IMG/VR virus record: IMGVR_UViG_3300029267_001302
Reading direction: 5' to 3' (one strand)
Source: a virus
Length of the DNA stretch: 55,795 nucleotides
The position numbers were made by a program, and so were the translations under genes. This document shows positions 33,462 through 42,327 of the stretch, piece by piece. The notes under the pieces were generated by a model that saw only the letters and a list, made by a program, of their open reading frames with translations, was not told the origin of the DNA and did not search any database. Numbering within the stretch: position 1 is the first letter of the stretch; the number at the start of each line of letters is the position of its first letter.

Positions 33462-33908
33462 ATGAATCGAGATATCAAATTCGGAAGATTGTTGGCGATC
33501 GCAAACATTTTGAGCGAAAGAGTGTTTGAAGAAGGAAAACAGTCTGTAGTACAAAAATATATGTCTCGATACAGCCAAAAGCCGGCCAAAACATTTCAAA
33601 AAATACATGAGGAATTGTTGGAATATGCTCAGCAATTTGGATCAGATGAAATGGTTTTGCTAGATATGTTTGGCGAAATACTTGCGGAAATGGAAGAATC
33701 TGAATTCACAAACGAACCTCTTACAGAAAAATATTTACATGCTTTTCATTCACAACAACACCGACTGTCAAATCTCATAGGTGTTGAAGAAGCCGCAAAA
33801 ATCTTAGGGTTATCCCCTGGAACGGTCAAAAATAAATGCGCTGCCGGTGAGTTACCGGCGGTAAAGATAGGTAAAACGTGGGTTATGGATAAAACTTTAC
33901 TTGATTAA
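33462..33908 (+). CDS. Two-domain protein: helical N-domain plus C-terminal excisionase/MerR-type HTH
   Basis: The ATG follows GAGGAGG. The C-terminus IGVEEAAKILGLSPGTVKNKCAAGELPAVKIGKTWVMDKTLL matches the excisionase-family HTH pattern. The N-domain is discussed in the findings. Confidence 0.7.
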   Translation: MNRDIKFGRLLAIANILSERVFEEGKQSVVQKYMSRYSQKPAKTFQKIHEELLEYAQQFGSDEMVLLDMFGEILAEMEESEFTNEPLTEKYLHAFHSQQHRLSNLIGVEEAAKILGLSPGTVKNKCAAGELPAVKIGKTWVMDKTLLD

Positions 33909-33937
33909 GCACGACCGAAAGGCCGTGCTATTTTTTA
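33909..33937 (+). terminator. Rho-independent terminator (plus strand)
   Basis: GCACGACC-GAAA-GGCCGTGC followed by TATTTTTTATTT, immediately after the stop at 33908. Confidence 0.8.
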
Positions 33938-34915
33938 TTTCACTCGCAATTTTTGGCCAACGTAAATTTTGTTTACGTCTTTTAGTTTGTTCCAAGATTT
34001 AATTTGTGCGATGGTGCTGCCGTATTTAGCAGCCAATTCGGAAACGGTATCACCTTTTTTGACAATGTGGTAACGGGCGGCGGTAGTTGTATTTGCTTTC
34101 GGTTTGCCCGGCACTTTCAGTTTCTGACCTACAAAAATAAGATTAGGGTTCTTGATTTTATTTATTTTCGCGAGTTCGCTGACGGTTGTTTTGTATTTTT
34201 GAGCAATTTCTGAAAGGGTGTCGCCTTTTTTGACTGTATATACTGAGACTGATGATGTTGTCTCTTTAGTACTACTTTTTGCAGAATTAACTTTTTTTAC
34301 CGGTGCTGCGCTTTTCGTTCCCTCTGTAAAATATTCCAGCTTTTTATCACTAATAATCATATTCAAGTCCAGATCTCCGTTGTACCCATCAAGTCGCCCA
34401 ACGCTTGTATATTGCCAGATGTCGCACGGGAAGTCCGGTTTGGTTTGCGGTTTACCGTTATTCGTTCCATATCTCGGTATCCAAATGGTGTCAAAGTCGC
34501 TCATATCTAAATTGAATTTCTTGTATAAATGATGAGCAATATAAACGCCGACTTTTTTTGCTCCTAATGCTCGCAACTTTTTGACGTAAGCTTTAACCCC
34601 AGCCCTCATGTCTTTCATAGACTCTTCTTCGACGTCCAAAAACCAAAACGTTGGTTCAACGGCGTCTAACGTGCGTTTGTAGAAATATTCCGCCTCTTTT
34701 CGCATGTCCTCGATAGAAACACCGCGAACCCATGCATATGCAGCTGTCGGAACACCACGTTTTCGCAATTCAGCATGGTGAGTTTTGTAATACTTGTCGA
34801 TTGTTTTAGAGCCATATTGCGTGCGAATTATTACAAAATCGAGTTGTTTCGCGAATTTATCATAGTTAATATCTGACGGTTTTTGATGATGCGATAAATC
34901 AACGATATAACCCAT
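33935..34915 (-). CDS. Endolysin: GH25 muramidase plus two LysM domains
   Basis: The N-terminus [10 protein letters not shown]...[10 protein letters not shown] is GH25-type. Two C-terminal LysM repeats are present ([16 protein letters not shown]..., [17 protein letters not shown]...). Confidence 0.9.
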   Translation of the reverse strand: MGYIVDLSHHQKPSDINYDKFAKQLDFVIIRTQYGSKTIDKYYKTHHAELRKRGVPTAAYAWVRGVSIEDMRKEAEYFYKRTLDAVEPTFWFLDVEEESMKDMRAGVKAYVKKLRALGAKKVGVYIAHHLYKKFNLDMSDFDTIWIPRYGTNNGKPQTKPDFPCDIWQYTSVGRLDGYNGDLDLNMIISDKKLEYFTEGTKSAAPVKKVNSAKSSTKETTSSVSVYTVKKGDTLSEIAQKYKTTVSELAKINKIKNPNLIFVGQKLKVPGKPKANTTTAARYHIVKKGDTVSELAAKYGSTIAQIKSWNKLKDVNKIYVGQKLRVK

Positions 34916-35071
34916 TACTTACCATCCCCTTCGCTTTTTTCGTTTTGAACAAAAGAAAAGAGAGCGAACGTTCTCCGTTCACTCTCCGTTTTCGTTCAAG
35001 CGATTTGTAATCGGTAAGGGCTTCGGATGCGCCCGATAAATTTGTTACGATTAGCAAAACGTCTCCTCCTT

Positions 35072-35296
35072 TTATCTCGGCGAAACACTGCCTCCTCGGA
35101 ATACTGAAATTTTCCTTTTCTTTATAAAATCAGCACAAGTATCATCGACGCGAGTTTTAATCAAATGGATTTGACAAACCTTTTGTCTATTGTGATAGAG
35201 ACACTGTTGACAAGCTTCTTTTTCAGATTTACTTTTACTTATACCTTTTGTAATTTTAAAGTAATATCTTTCCTCTTTTCTCATATCATTCCCCAT
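35072..35296 (-). CDS. Hypothetical Cys-containing protein (AT-rich insert in the lysis cassette)
   Basis: 74-aa ORF with a weak SD. It lies downstream of its own terminator/promoter-like region. Confidence 0.35.
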   Translation of the reverse strand: MGNDMRKEERYYFKITKGISKSKSEKEACQQCLYHNRQKVCQIHLIKTRVDDTCADFIKKRKISVFRGGSVSPR

Positions 35297-35333
35297 ATAT
35301 CAATTATTAGTTACTAAAATTTTATAACAATTT

Positions 35334-35364
35334 GATAAAAAAGGGAATATATTTCATTTCCCTA
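35334..35364 (-). terminator. Rho-independent terminator (minus strand)
   Basis: The minus strand reads AGGGAA-ATGAAATATA-TTCCCT followed by TTTTTATC. Confidence 0.7.
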
Positions 35365-35409
35365 AAGCAATCGTGCTACATCCTTTTATCAAGATAAAAC
35401 ACTACCGCA

Positions 35410-35643
35410 TTATTCCGCAGGGAATGAACAATCAAGATAAGCGTAAGCGTTTCCTGCGCTAATTGCCGGTTGAATCATCACGTTACCATTGTTGCTAATT
35501 ATCAACCAACTAATCATACTATTTGTTCCGTTATTTGTAATTATTGTTTTAGATACTGCTTCTTTCGGTCTGTACCCAACGGGAAGATTGAAAATTGGAG
35601 AGCCTATTGTCCCACTTTTAACTAATCCTTTTATATGAACCAC
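35410..35643 (-). pseudogene. Orphan tail-fibre C-terminal knob-like fragment
   Basis: ..YGVVHIKGLVKSGTIGSPIFNLPVGYRPKEAV.. resembles the C-terminal receptor-binding knob of Firmicutes phage fibres. There is no SD, the frame stays open upstream into the holin 3' end, and a terminator follows. Confidence 0.4.
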
Positions 35644-35686
35644 ACCGTATTCTTTTTTGTAACTTGCTTTTGCGTAACCTTCGCCG

Positions 35687-36091
35687 TCATTTACCCTCTC
35701 CTTCGCTTTTTTCGTTCAAAATATCGATAGCTTTTTTGAGCGCGCCCGGAACCGGGACACCAATTCTACCGGCGTTTTCGAGGATAGACAGCGCTTCGTT
35801 TGCCAAAAAGAAAAAGATTGTAGCATCACGTAAAATATGTCCGTCGTAACCGAGCGCAACGTCCATCATGTGAGCCACAGCAACAACAAAAAAGACCGCC
35901 ACTTTTTTGGCGATCCCCCTCATACCATTACTGCTGTTCAATTTTCCTTCGATCCCCGCCGCAACGAATCCTGATACGTAATCTATTACGACGAATGCTA
36001 GTAAGATACTTAACAATGTGCTCCATCCCCCAAACGCAAATGAGATAACTGCTCCGAATACAGCTGAAATATATTTAATGACGTTTTCCAC
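35687..36091 (-). CDS. Holin (Phage_holin_4_1 / TcdE-like family)
   Basis: 134 aa with 3-4 TM segments. VIDYVSGFVAAG...GIAKKV..F.VVAVAHMMD...NEALSILENAGRIGVPVP is the family signature. Confidence 0.9.
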   Translation of the reverse strand: MENVIKYISAVFGAVISFAFGGWSTLLSILLAFVVIDYVSGFVAAGIEGKLNSSNGMRGIAKKVAVFFVVAVAHMMDVALGYDGHILRDATIFFFLANEALSILENAGRIGVPVPGALKKAIDILNEKSEGEGK

Positions 36092-36093
36092 GC

Positions 36094-36303
36094 TTATTCT
36101 CCTTTCTTCTCTAACTCTTCCACTTTTCTTTTTAGTTCTGCAATTTCTTTTTCTCTTTCCTGCAAATCTTTCTTCATCTGTTCGTTTTCTTGAAATAATT
36201 CAGTAATTTTCGAATCCCTTTCCGCAATTTTCATACTTGCTTCTGCCAATTGGTTTTGAAACGAAAAGATGATATATTCGGCGTTATGCTTCGCTTTTTC
36301 CAT
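36094..36303 (-). CDS. Small coiled-coil protein
   Basis: 69-aa ORF between the tail genes and the holin. Confidence 0.55.
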   Translation of the reverse strand: MEKAKHNAEYIIFSFQNQLAEASMKIAERDSKITELFQENEQMKKDLQEREKEIAELKRKVEELEKKGE

Positions 36304-36422
36304 CCATATCCCTCTTTCTCAACATTTTAGTTTTTTGGCGCTTCCGCTTGTTTTTGTTGTTTTTCTTCGTCCAATACGATTGAAATAGGTTTTTGCTCTT
36401 TTACGTTCACGCCATTCACCTC

Positions 36423-38429
36423 CTATGCTCTCGGTTCGTAAATAATAATAAGCTGTAGTTGAATTTGTGTTGCGCTCGGCGTATCAGAAGCGTCGTTTTT
36501 CGCAACATACACGTCAAAACCTGATGCAGAGATGTTATAGGCTCTTGCGTTATAATAAATAGAATTGCTACCCATTGGTTGCACAAAAACAGCAAAGACA
36601 TTTTCAGCGTTATTCATATTATAGCGACCGGATTGATAACGCACATTTGGGTCGACATTAAAATTCCAAATATCGACGAACAACAAAGCGTTTCCGTTTA
36701 ATGAACCTCTCAAATTACTGACATTAGAATCAATACCGATGCCTAGCGCATTATAATAATATCCGTCCCTATATTTTAGGTATGATTTACCAGGAAGCCA
36801 CGCTTCGTCAGTGTTCAAAAAAGTCCTAGATTCGGAAAAATCAATTTCAAAAAAAGTGTTAGCTGTTACTTCGTTTTGCATAAGTCCTATATAAAAGTAA
36901 TCCTTGTATCCAACAATACCGAATCCTCTTTTAATAGGATTATCAATCTTCCAAGACGAACTTAACGTTGCGGTTACTCCGTAGTCGGGAGACGGCGATG
37001 CAGTTCCCGGATCATAAAAATAAATCTCATAATCGTAAATTTTAACCATGTCTCGATTGTTAATTTTACTAACCAATGAACCCGATTCAATCGTTACGGA
37101 ATTACCTTGTCCGTCATCCGATATTATCGTAATTCCTCGCAATGTTCCGGCGGTGATTACGTCCGCCACGATACCAGAACCCGTCATTGCTGTGCGGAAC
37201 GTCTGTCCGCCATCATCAGATATACCGATTCCGGCTGCGTTAAACACGACAATTTTGTTTGGGTCATTTTTATCAACCGCCATAAGTCCGCCATTTGGCG
37301 GCACTTTCAATTCGCTCATTACGCCTTGCAACTCTTTCGTCGCCTGAATGACCGCATTATCAAGTACGGAAAACGGTATCTTTGTACGACCGTCCATAAT
37401 TTCGTTCACACGCTCAACTGCCGTCTGTAGGTTCGATTGATAACGTTTAGTAATAGACGGCGTGCCGAACGTTAGATTTAAGTCAATGACGTTGCCTTGC
37501 CAATCCTTTGTGATCGAAATTTGAACGACACGAACTTCCGTGTCAAGACCAATTCGTTCATCAATTAAGAAAACGCGATCACCCAATTCCGGCTGCGCCA
37601 ACGCATAACCCTGCCGTCTTAAGTCGTGAATATCGGCGGAAACGCTAATTTTTAACGATTCATCAACAAGCGTTTTAAGTCGTTCGTCCATCGTCTCGAC
37701 TTGCGTAATGCGACCGTCCATAATCGGCGGTGCTTCACGGATGCCGATTCCGGGAATTTGCGCAAGTGGAGACGTATATTCACGAATCAAATTTGCCCAC
37801 TGCCAACCATCCTCGTCCGAATAGTCGCCGTACCCTTTTGCATACGTGTAAAACTCGCTTGCATCGTTTTCCTGCACGATATTTGAAGCGTTCAGGCGGT
37901 GTCGGTACATAAAACCCGTGTCGCGACCGATTTGTGATTCCAAATAGACGGTATTTCCGAGAATACGAAACTCGCATTTATAGCGTTCGATGCCTTTCTT
38001 AAACATTGACAAACGTGTTTCTCCGCCACCTAGACCCTCCCAGTCTACAGCCGCAAACGAATTGACAAGAATGAAATCAAAGCCAGTATCGGCGAAAACA
38101 AGCGAGAAAAACTCACGTGCCGTCATGTGTTCGTTGTATTCCGTGTAAATACGCATTGTATCGAGTTTGTCAAAAAATAAAGGAACCGCCTTGACTTCGA
38201 CTGTCAGACGATTCCCTTTTCCTTGCTTTTTCACGTATACAATTTTATGAGTAACTCCGTCGTGGTCAACGACTTCCCACATGCGGTCGATATTGTCGAT
38301 AAAAAGATCGTTTACTTTGTTTGAAATGAACGTTGCCGAAAGCGATTGGTTGCCGTTGAGTTCCAACTCTTTTGTTGACGTTGCTTGCGCTGGATATTCG
38401 TTTCCTTCTAAGTCTCGGACATAGAGCAA
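36423..38429 (-). CDS. Tail-associated lysin / distal tail tip protein (Tal; prophage tail endopeptidase N-domain family)
   Basis: 668 aa. The N-terminus MLYVRDLEGNE..ELELNGNQSLSATF...W.VVDHDG..HKIVYVKKQGKG matches the phage minor structural protein N-terminal region. Confidence 0.7.
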   Translation of the reverse strand: MLYVRDLEGNEYPAQATSTKELELNGNQSLSATFISNKVNDLFIDNIDRMWEVVDHDGVTHKIVYVKKQGKGNRLTVEVKAVPLFFDKLDTMRIYTEYNEHMTAREFFSLVFADTGFDFILVNSFAAVDWEGLGGGETRLSMFKKGIERYKCEFRILGNTVYLESQIGRDTGFMYRHRLNASNIVQENDASEFYTYAKGYGDYSDEDGWQWANLIREYTSPLAQIPGIGIREAPPIMDGRITQVETMDERLKTLVDESLKISVSADIHDLRRQGYALAQPELGDRVFLIDERIGLDTEVRVVQISITKDWQGNVIDLNLTFGTPSITKRYQSNLQTAVERVNEIMDGRTKIPFSVLDNAVIQATKELQGVMSELKVPPNGGLMAVDKNDPNKIVVFNAAGIGISDDGGQTFRTAMTGSGIVADVITAGTLRGITIISDDGQGNSVTIESGSLVSKINNRDMVKIYDYEIYFYDPGTASPSPDYGVTATLSSSWKIDNPIKRGFGIVGYKDYFYIGLMQNEVTANTFFEIDFSESRTFLNTDEAWLPGKSYLKYRDGYYYNALGIGIDSNVSNLRGSLNGNALLFVDIWNFNVDPNVRYQSGRYNMNNAENVFAVFVQPMGSNSIYYNARAYNISASGFDVYVAKNDASDTPSATQIQLQLIIIYEPRA

Positions 38430-38499
38430 ATTTTATCACCTTCTTTAAATGTAAGATCAATTAAAAGCGTCATTTTATAATAAAAAAGACATATTTTAT

Positions 38500-40641
38500 T
38501 TAGAAATTCTTATATTCCGTTATCCATCCAAGACTTGTTGCGAATAATCGAATCACATTGCCTTTTGTTGGCATAGTAATACTTGTAGTACCTCCGTCTA
38601 TGGTATCCCCCGTTTTAGGGAAGATAACAGGTGAGCCACTTTCTCTTTGGTGGAAAAATGTAAGTTTTCTTCCGATATTTGAGGAACTCAATGGTAAGAT
38701 AACACTTCCATTTGTAAATATAATGTCTTTTTCTGTTTTTCCTATCTCGAATGTTCCGCCTGTGCTAATCAATCGTTGACCTACATTCAAAAGAGAGTCA
38801 AATCCTTTATTTTCTCCAAAAATAGTTGGATACCTTGTTACTTCATTCTTGTAAATGATGTAGTTTTTTCCTGCCGCATCTTCTGATACCACGCCGTTAA
38901 CTTCACTGACAAGTATACCTCCGGTCGCCTGTATAGAACCGATGGTTAAATCTAAGGAAGATGTGTATAAATCGTACTGTTTAGATTTAACAGTATCATA
39001 GCGAACGCTATTCACGTTTTTTATCGTTCCTTTTTTGGCTTTTACGTACAAAGAAGCACTTGGTAAATTGGTTGCATCTCCATCAACATCATAGCCGTTA
39101 TCATAACTTACGATTCCGTCAATATAGTACTGATCGACACCGACACCAAGGTTCATTCCGTGACTCTTGTTTTTGCCCAAGATTAACCCTTTTATCATCA
39201 CTTTCTTTAACTCTGTTTCTGTTGCGTTAACACCTTCACCTTTATTTAGCGTGGATTCAACATTAATCATTTCTAAGTAAATGTTGTAATTATTGTAATT
39301 AGTAGTCCGTAACCTAATCCCGTGACTTCCACTTTCTTTAGACTTCACATTATTTAATTTAATGCGCTGTCCGTTCCCGTAAATATTGACGCCATAAGTT
39401 GTGGATTTGTTGAATGTGCAGTTATTTAATTCGACGTCATACCACAATGAACCGATATAAAATCCGTTCAAGCAACTATAACTATGGCAATTATCCAGTT
39501 TAATCTTTTCAGGGTAGCATGTTTCTACACCTGATCCGCCCTCAAAGTGGAAACCGTGTCCGATGTTACCTGTTGTCGTGTATCCAGCTTCATAGGCGAT
39601 GCAATTTTGAAATTTAATATCTTCACCGCCTTCAACTACAAAGCCGCTTTCTCTTGTTCTATAGGTTTCACAGTCTTTGTATAAAATCCCGATTGGTCTA
39701 GCAGAATAATCAGTTTGATTAACTTGACGGTGATTGAATCCGTGACCTCTTGTGTTTTGAACTTTACAATTAATAAACTGGATGTTTTTACAAAACTGTC
39801 TTGTGTAAACGGCAGAATCATCAATGTATCCCGTTAAAGTTTTAGCAGTGAGGTTACCATCATAAACAAGACCTTCAAAAATAATATCTTGGCAGTTCGT
39901 TAACTGAATTCCATTTCCTCGCAAAAATGTATCCTTTTCCAAAAGGATAGCGCCCTTGTCAAAGACGATTTTTATGTTTGTTTTTCCATCAAGTTTCAAC
40001 GCTCCATGTACGCTTCTTTGAGAGGTATCAATAGCGCTGATTAAATCATCAGAAATTAGATAAGTGCCTTTTGGAAAACGTAGTACATCCCCGCTTTTAA
40101 GAGCATCAAAAGCACTTTGGATAGCAGAAGTCGATAATGTTGCTCCGGTATTGTCTGCACCAAATTCCAAAACACTAAATTCGATTGGCGCTCTTTTCGA
40201 TAAAATTCCAATTTTATCGTCAACATCGTTCAATCTATCCCGCAAAACCGGAAACGTCGTCCCATCCGCTTTTGTTCTCGCTTGTTCGATCTCTTGTTTA
40301 TTTTCTTCAATTTCCGCGCTCAATCTTGTATCTATTTCATTTACCGGACCTGCATCAATTTGTTGTATTTCCATCCAAGCCCCATCATAAAAACGATAAA
40401 CTTTACCGGTATCCCTAACGAAAACAGTATGACCTGTTTCTGGATTTGGGTATGTTGTCGCAATATCAGCAAAAGTGTTAACGGGCTCAAGCCACACCAA
40501 CTTTGCGCTATCAACAATTGCTTTCGTCGCTTCTTCAATCGCTCTGTCTTGTACATCATACAATTCTTTGAAATTTTCGTTTATATTATTGCGGTTTTCT
40601 CGATCCCATCTAGTTCCGATCTCTCTTCGTGCCATTGACAT
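38500..40641 (-). CDS. Receptor-binding tailspike with a pectate-lyase-like right-handed beta-helix (depolymerase candidate)
   Basis: 713 aa. FGADNTGATLSTSAIQSAFDALKSGDVLRFPKGTYLI is the Pectate_lyase_3-type start of a beta-helix. Repeated N-x-x-[FI]-x-[ND]C rungs follow. The gene is visibly AT-rich. Confidence 0.7.
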   Translation of the reverse strand: MSMARREIGTRWDRENRNNINENFKELYDVQDRAIEEATKAIVDSAKLVWLEPVNTFADIATTYPNPETGHTVFVRDTGKVYRFYDGAWMEIQQIDAGPVNEIDTRLSAEIEENKQEIEQARTKADGTTFPVLRDRLNDVDDKIGILSKRAPIEFSVLEFGADNTGATLSTSAIQSAFDALKSGDVLRFPKGTYLISDDLISAIDTSQRSVHGALKLDGKTNIKIVFDKGAILLEKDTFLRGNGIQLTNCQDIIFEGLVYDGNLTAKTLTGYIDDSAVYTRQFCKNIQFINCKVQNTRGHGFNHRQVNQTDYSARPIGILYKDCETYRTRESGFVVEGGEDIKFQNCIAYEAGYTTTGNIGHGFHFEGGSGVETCYPEKIKLDNCHSYSCLNGFYIGSLWYDVELNNCTFNKSTTYGVNIYGNGQRIKLNNVKSKESGSHGIRLRTTNYNNYNIYLEMINVESTLNKGEGVNATETELKKVMIKGLILGKNKSHGMNLGVGVDQYYIDGIVSYDNGYDVDGDATNLPSASLYVKAKKGTIKNVNSVRYDTVKSKQYDLYTSSLDLTIGSIQATGGILVSEVNGVVSEDAAGKNYIIYKNEVTRYPTIFGENKGFDSLLNVGQRLISTGGTFEIGKTEKDIIFTNGSVILPLSSSNIGRKLTFFHQRESGSPVIFPKTGDTIDGGTTSITMPTKGNVIRLFATSLGWITEYKNF

Positions 40642-40649
40642 CCCTCCGG

Positions 40650-41036
40650 TTATAAGTAGTAAAATCTAAAGTCAAATTCTACAGTCGCTCTACTAGCGCC
40701 ATAAATTTGAAAATCATTCCAACCGGGCGACAGCTCGATAAATCCCTTATTCGTTTTTCGCAAAAAATTAAGACCGTTTGATGTGATATTCGGGCCGTCT
40801 AAAACGATTGTTTGCGCGCTTGAAACAGCTTCATTTACACGGAAGACTGTTCCGTTTGTAAGATTACGTAACTCAAAATAACCAGTCGAGCCTAAAACTT
40901 GTTTAATCGTAATCTTTAAATCTTGTTGGAACGGATGAATCGGCACGTTTCCAGCGTTGTACACACGAAAAGAAGTTTTATCATAAACTGTGTACATTGT
41001 TTGTTTCAATCTTGCAAATTCTGCCCATGTCGTCAT
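40650..41036 (-). CDS. Distal tail protein (Dit), C-terminal half
   Basis: FRVYNAGNVPIHP...ITI....G.FELRNLTNGTVF....TIVLDG....NGLNFLRKTNKGFIELSPGWNDF matches the C-terminal half of Sipho_tail-family proteins. The ATG at 41036 follows GGAGAG and overlaps the fibre stop (ATGA). Confidence 0.6.
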   Translation of the reverse strand: MTTWAEFARLKQTMYTVYDKTSFRVYNAGNVPIHPFQQDLKITIKQVLGSTGYFELRNLTNGTVFRVNEAVSSAQTIVLDGPNITSNGLNFLRKTNKGFIELSPGWNDFQIYGASRATVEFDFRFYYL

Positions 41037-41743
41037 AATTCTGCTCTCCAAACAAGCGTTATATTATCCGTCCCTGCCGGAAGTGCCGTTTTGAATGTAA
41101 CTGTAATATTTGTAGCGTCGACGGTAACGAAACTAATATCGGCAGTTCCAGCGTCTGCGCTTGCTTCTTGCACTTGATAAAATGATGGTACAACACCTAA
41201 TCCATGTGCGATATTTACCGTCGTTGCCGATCCATCTCCGGAAATAGTGAATGTTCCTTTCGCAATTCCTAGCAACTTGTTATTAACCTCATTGATTGCG
41301 TTAACAAGGTTCGTTTTATCAGTTGTGTTCAAATTCAATAGCGTTCCAATGTTTGTTGTGTTTGTGTCAACTTTTCCTTTAACCTCATTAATCGCATCAA
41401 CCAAGCTGTTTTTGTTCGTTGTTGTTAAGTTAGACATTGTACCAATGTTCGTGGAGTTGGTAACGGTATTTCCTTTTACTTCGTTAATTGCCGCTACCAC
41501 CGTTGACTTATTCGATGTTGTAAGTGACGATAAATTGCCGATCTCGCTGTCATGCTCATTAATTGCAGAGACTAAATCACTTTTTGATGTTGTTGTCAAA
41601 TTCGATAAGATTCCGACTTCACTTGCTCTATTTTTTATTTGTGTATCTATTTTAGAAAAGTTATCACTTAGCGACTGAGCAACTTCTATATCATCATTTT
41701 CGTTTGGTAAATACAAGTTATAATTCGGTGTATAAGAAGCCAT
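41033..41743 (-). CDS. Tail fibre protein with four LSNLTTTxKxxLVxAINE-type repeats
   Basis: The N-terminus MASYTPNYNLYLPNENDDIEVAQSLSDNFSKID is the common fibre start. Four repeats of about 28 aa follow. The ATG overlaps the upstream stop (TAATG). Confidence 0.7.
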   Translation of the reverse strand: MASYTPNYNLYLPNENDDIEVAQSLSDNFSKIDTQIKNRASEVGILSNLTTTSKSDLVSAINEHDSEIGNLSSLTTSNKSTVVAAINEVKGNTVTNSTNIGTMSNLTTTNKNSLVDAINEVKGKVDTNTTNIGTLLNLNTTDKTNLVNAINEVNNKLLGIAKGTFTISGDGSATTVNIAHGLGVVPSFYQVQEASADAGTADISFVTVDATNITVTFKTALPAGTDNITLVWRAEL

Positions 41744-42327
41744 TAGATCTCACTCCATTTCTTAGACCCGACATGATACCATCTTGTAGGCACATATTCG
41801 ACATCTCCCATTTCCTCGATCAATCCCATGCCGAAACCCCACAACTCGTCTTCGGCGCTAATTCCGTTTTCTTGAATGTCTTGCGTTGTGCCGACGGATT
41901 CGGCGAATGGTATATCGGTTGTTTCAAACGACAACTCACCAAACCCGTATTTATACGTTTGTTCAATATCAAACGAATTTACCAACCGTACTAAATACCG
42001 TTTGCCTCCGACATACTTATTGTCGCCGATTTGAAAAACATCGCGCCGCAATTCGCGAACATAAAATGGTTCAGTGTCTACCGTCAACTCGAACAGTAAG
42101 TCGCGAAGCAACGGGTAATCGAGTAGGTCATTCGCTTTAAAATAAAAAGGCACGCTAATTGCCCGCGTGCCATAAGTAGCACCCATATTAACGCGCCCGT
42201 GACGCCCCTCTATTTCGCTGTATGTCGGAAGTATTTCGATTGATCCGACGATAAAATCACGAACGGTTATGTCATAGTCGCTTAATTTAAATATCTTTCC
42301 GTTTTGTTTCGTTATTTCAACGTCCAT
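41743..42327 (-). CDS. Distal tail protein (Dit), N-terminal half
   Basis: 194 aa directly after the tape measure gene (TAATG junction). It shows the Sipho_tail N-domain pattern and ends soon after DELWGFGMGL. Confidence 0.65.
   Translation of the reverse strand: MDVEITKQNGKIFKLSDYDITVRDFIVGSIEILPTYSEIEGRHGRVNMGATYGTRAISVPFYFKANDLLDYPLLRDLLFELTVDTEPFYVRELRRDVFQIGDNKYVGGKRYLVRLVNSFDIEQTYKYGFGELSFETTDIPFAESVGTTQDIQENGISAEDELWGFGMGLIEEMGDVEYVPTRWYHVGSKKWSEI

Noticed and set aside
34916-35071. A roughly 52-aa TTG-initiated ORF and a GAGAACGTTCGCTCTC hairpin upstream of the endolysin.
   Set aside because: The ORF product is low-complexity and basic and overlaps the endolysin start. The hairpin has a two-base loop and an internal mismatch, which is insufficient for a call.
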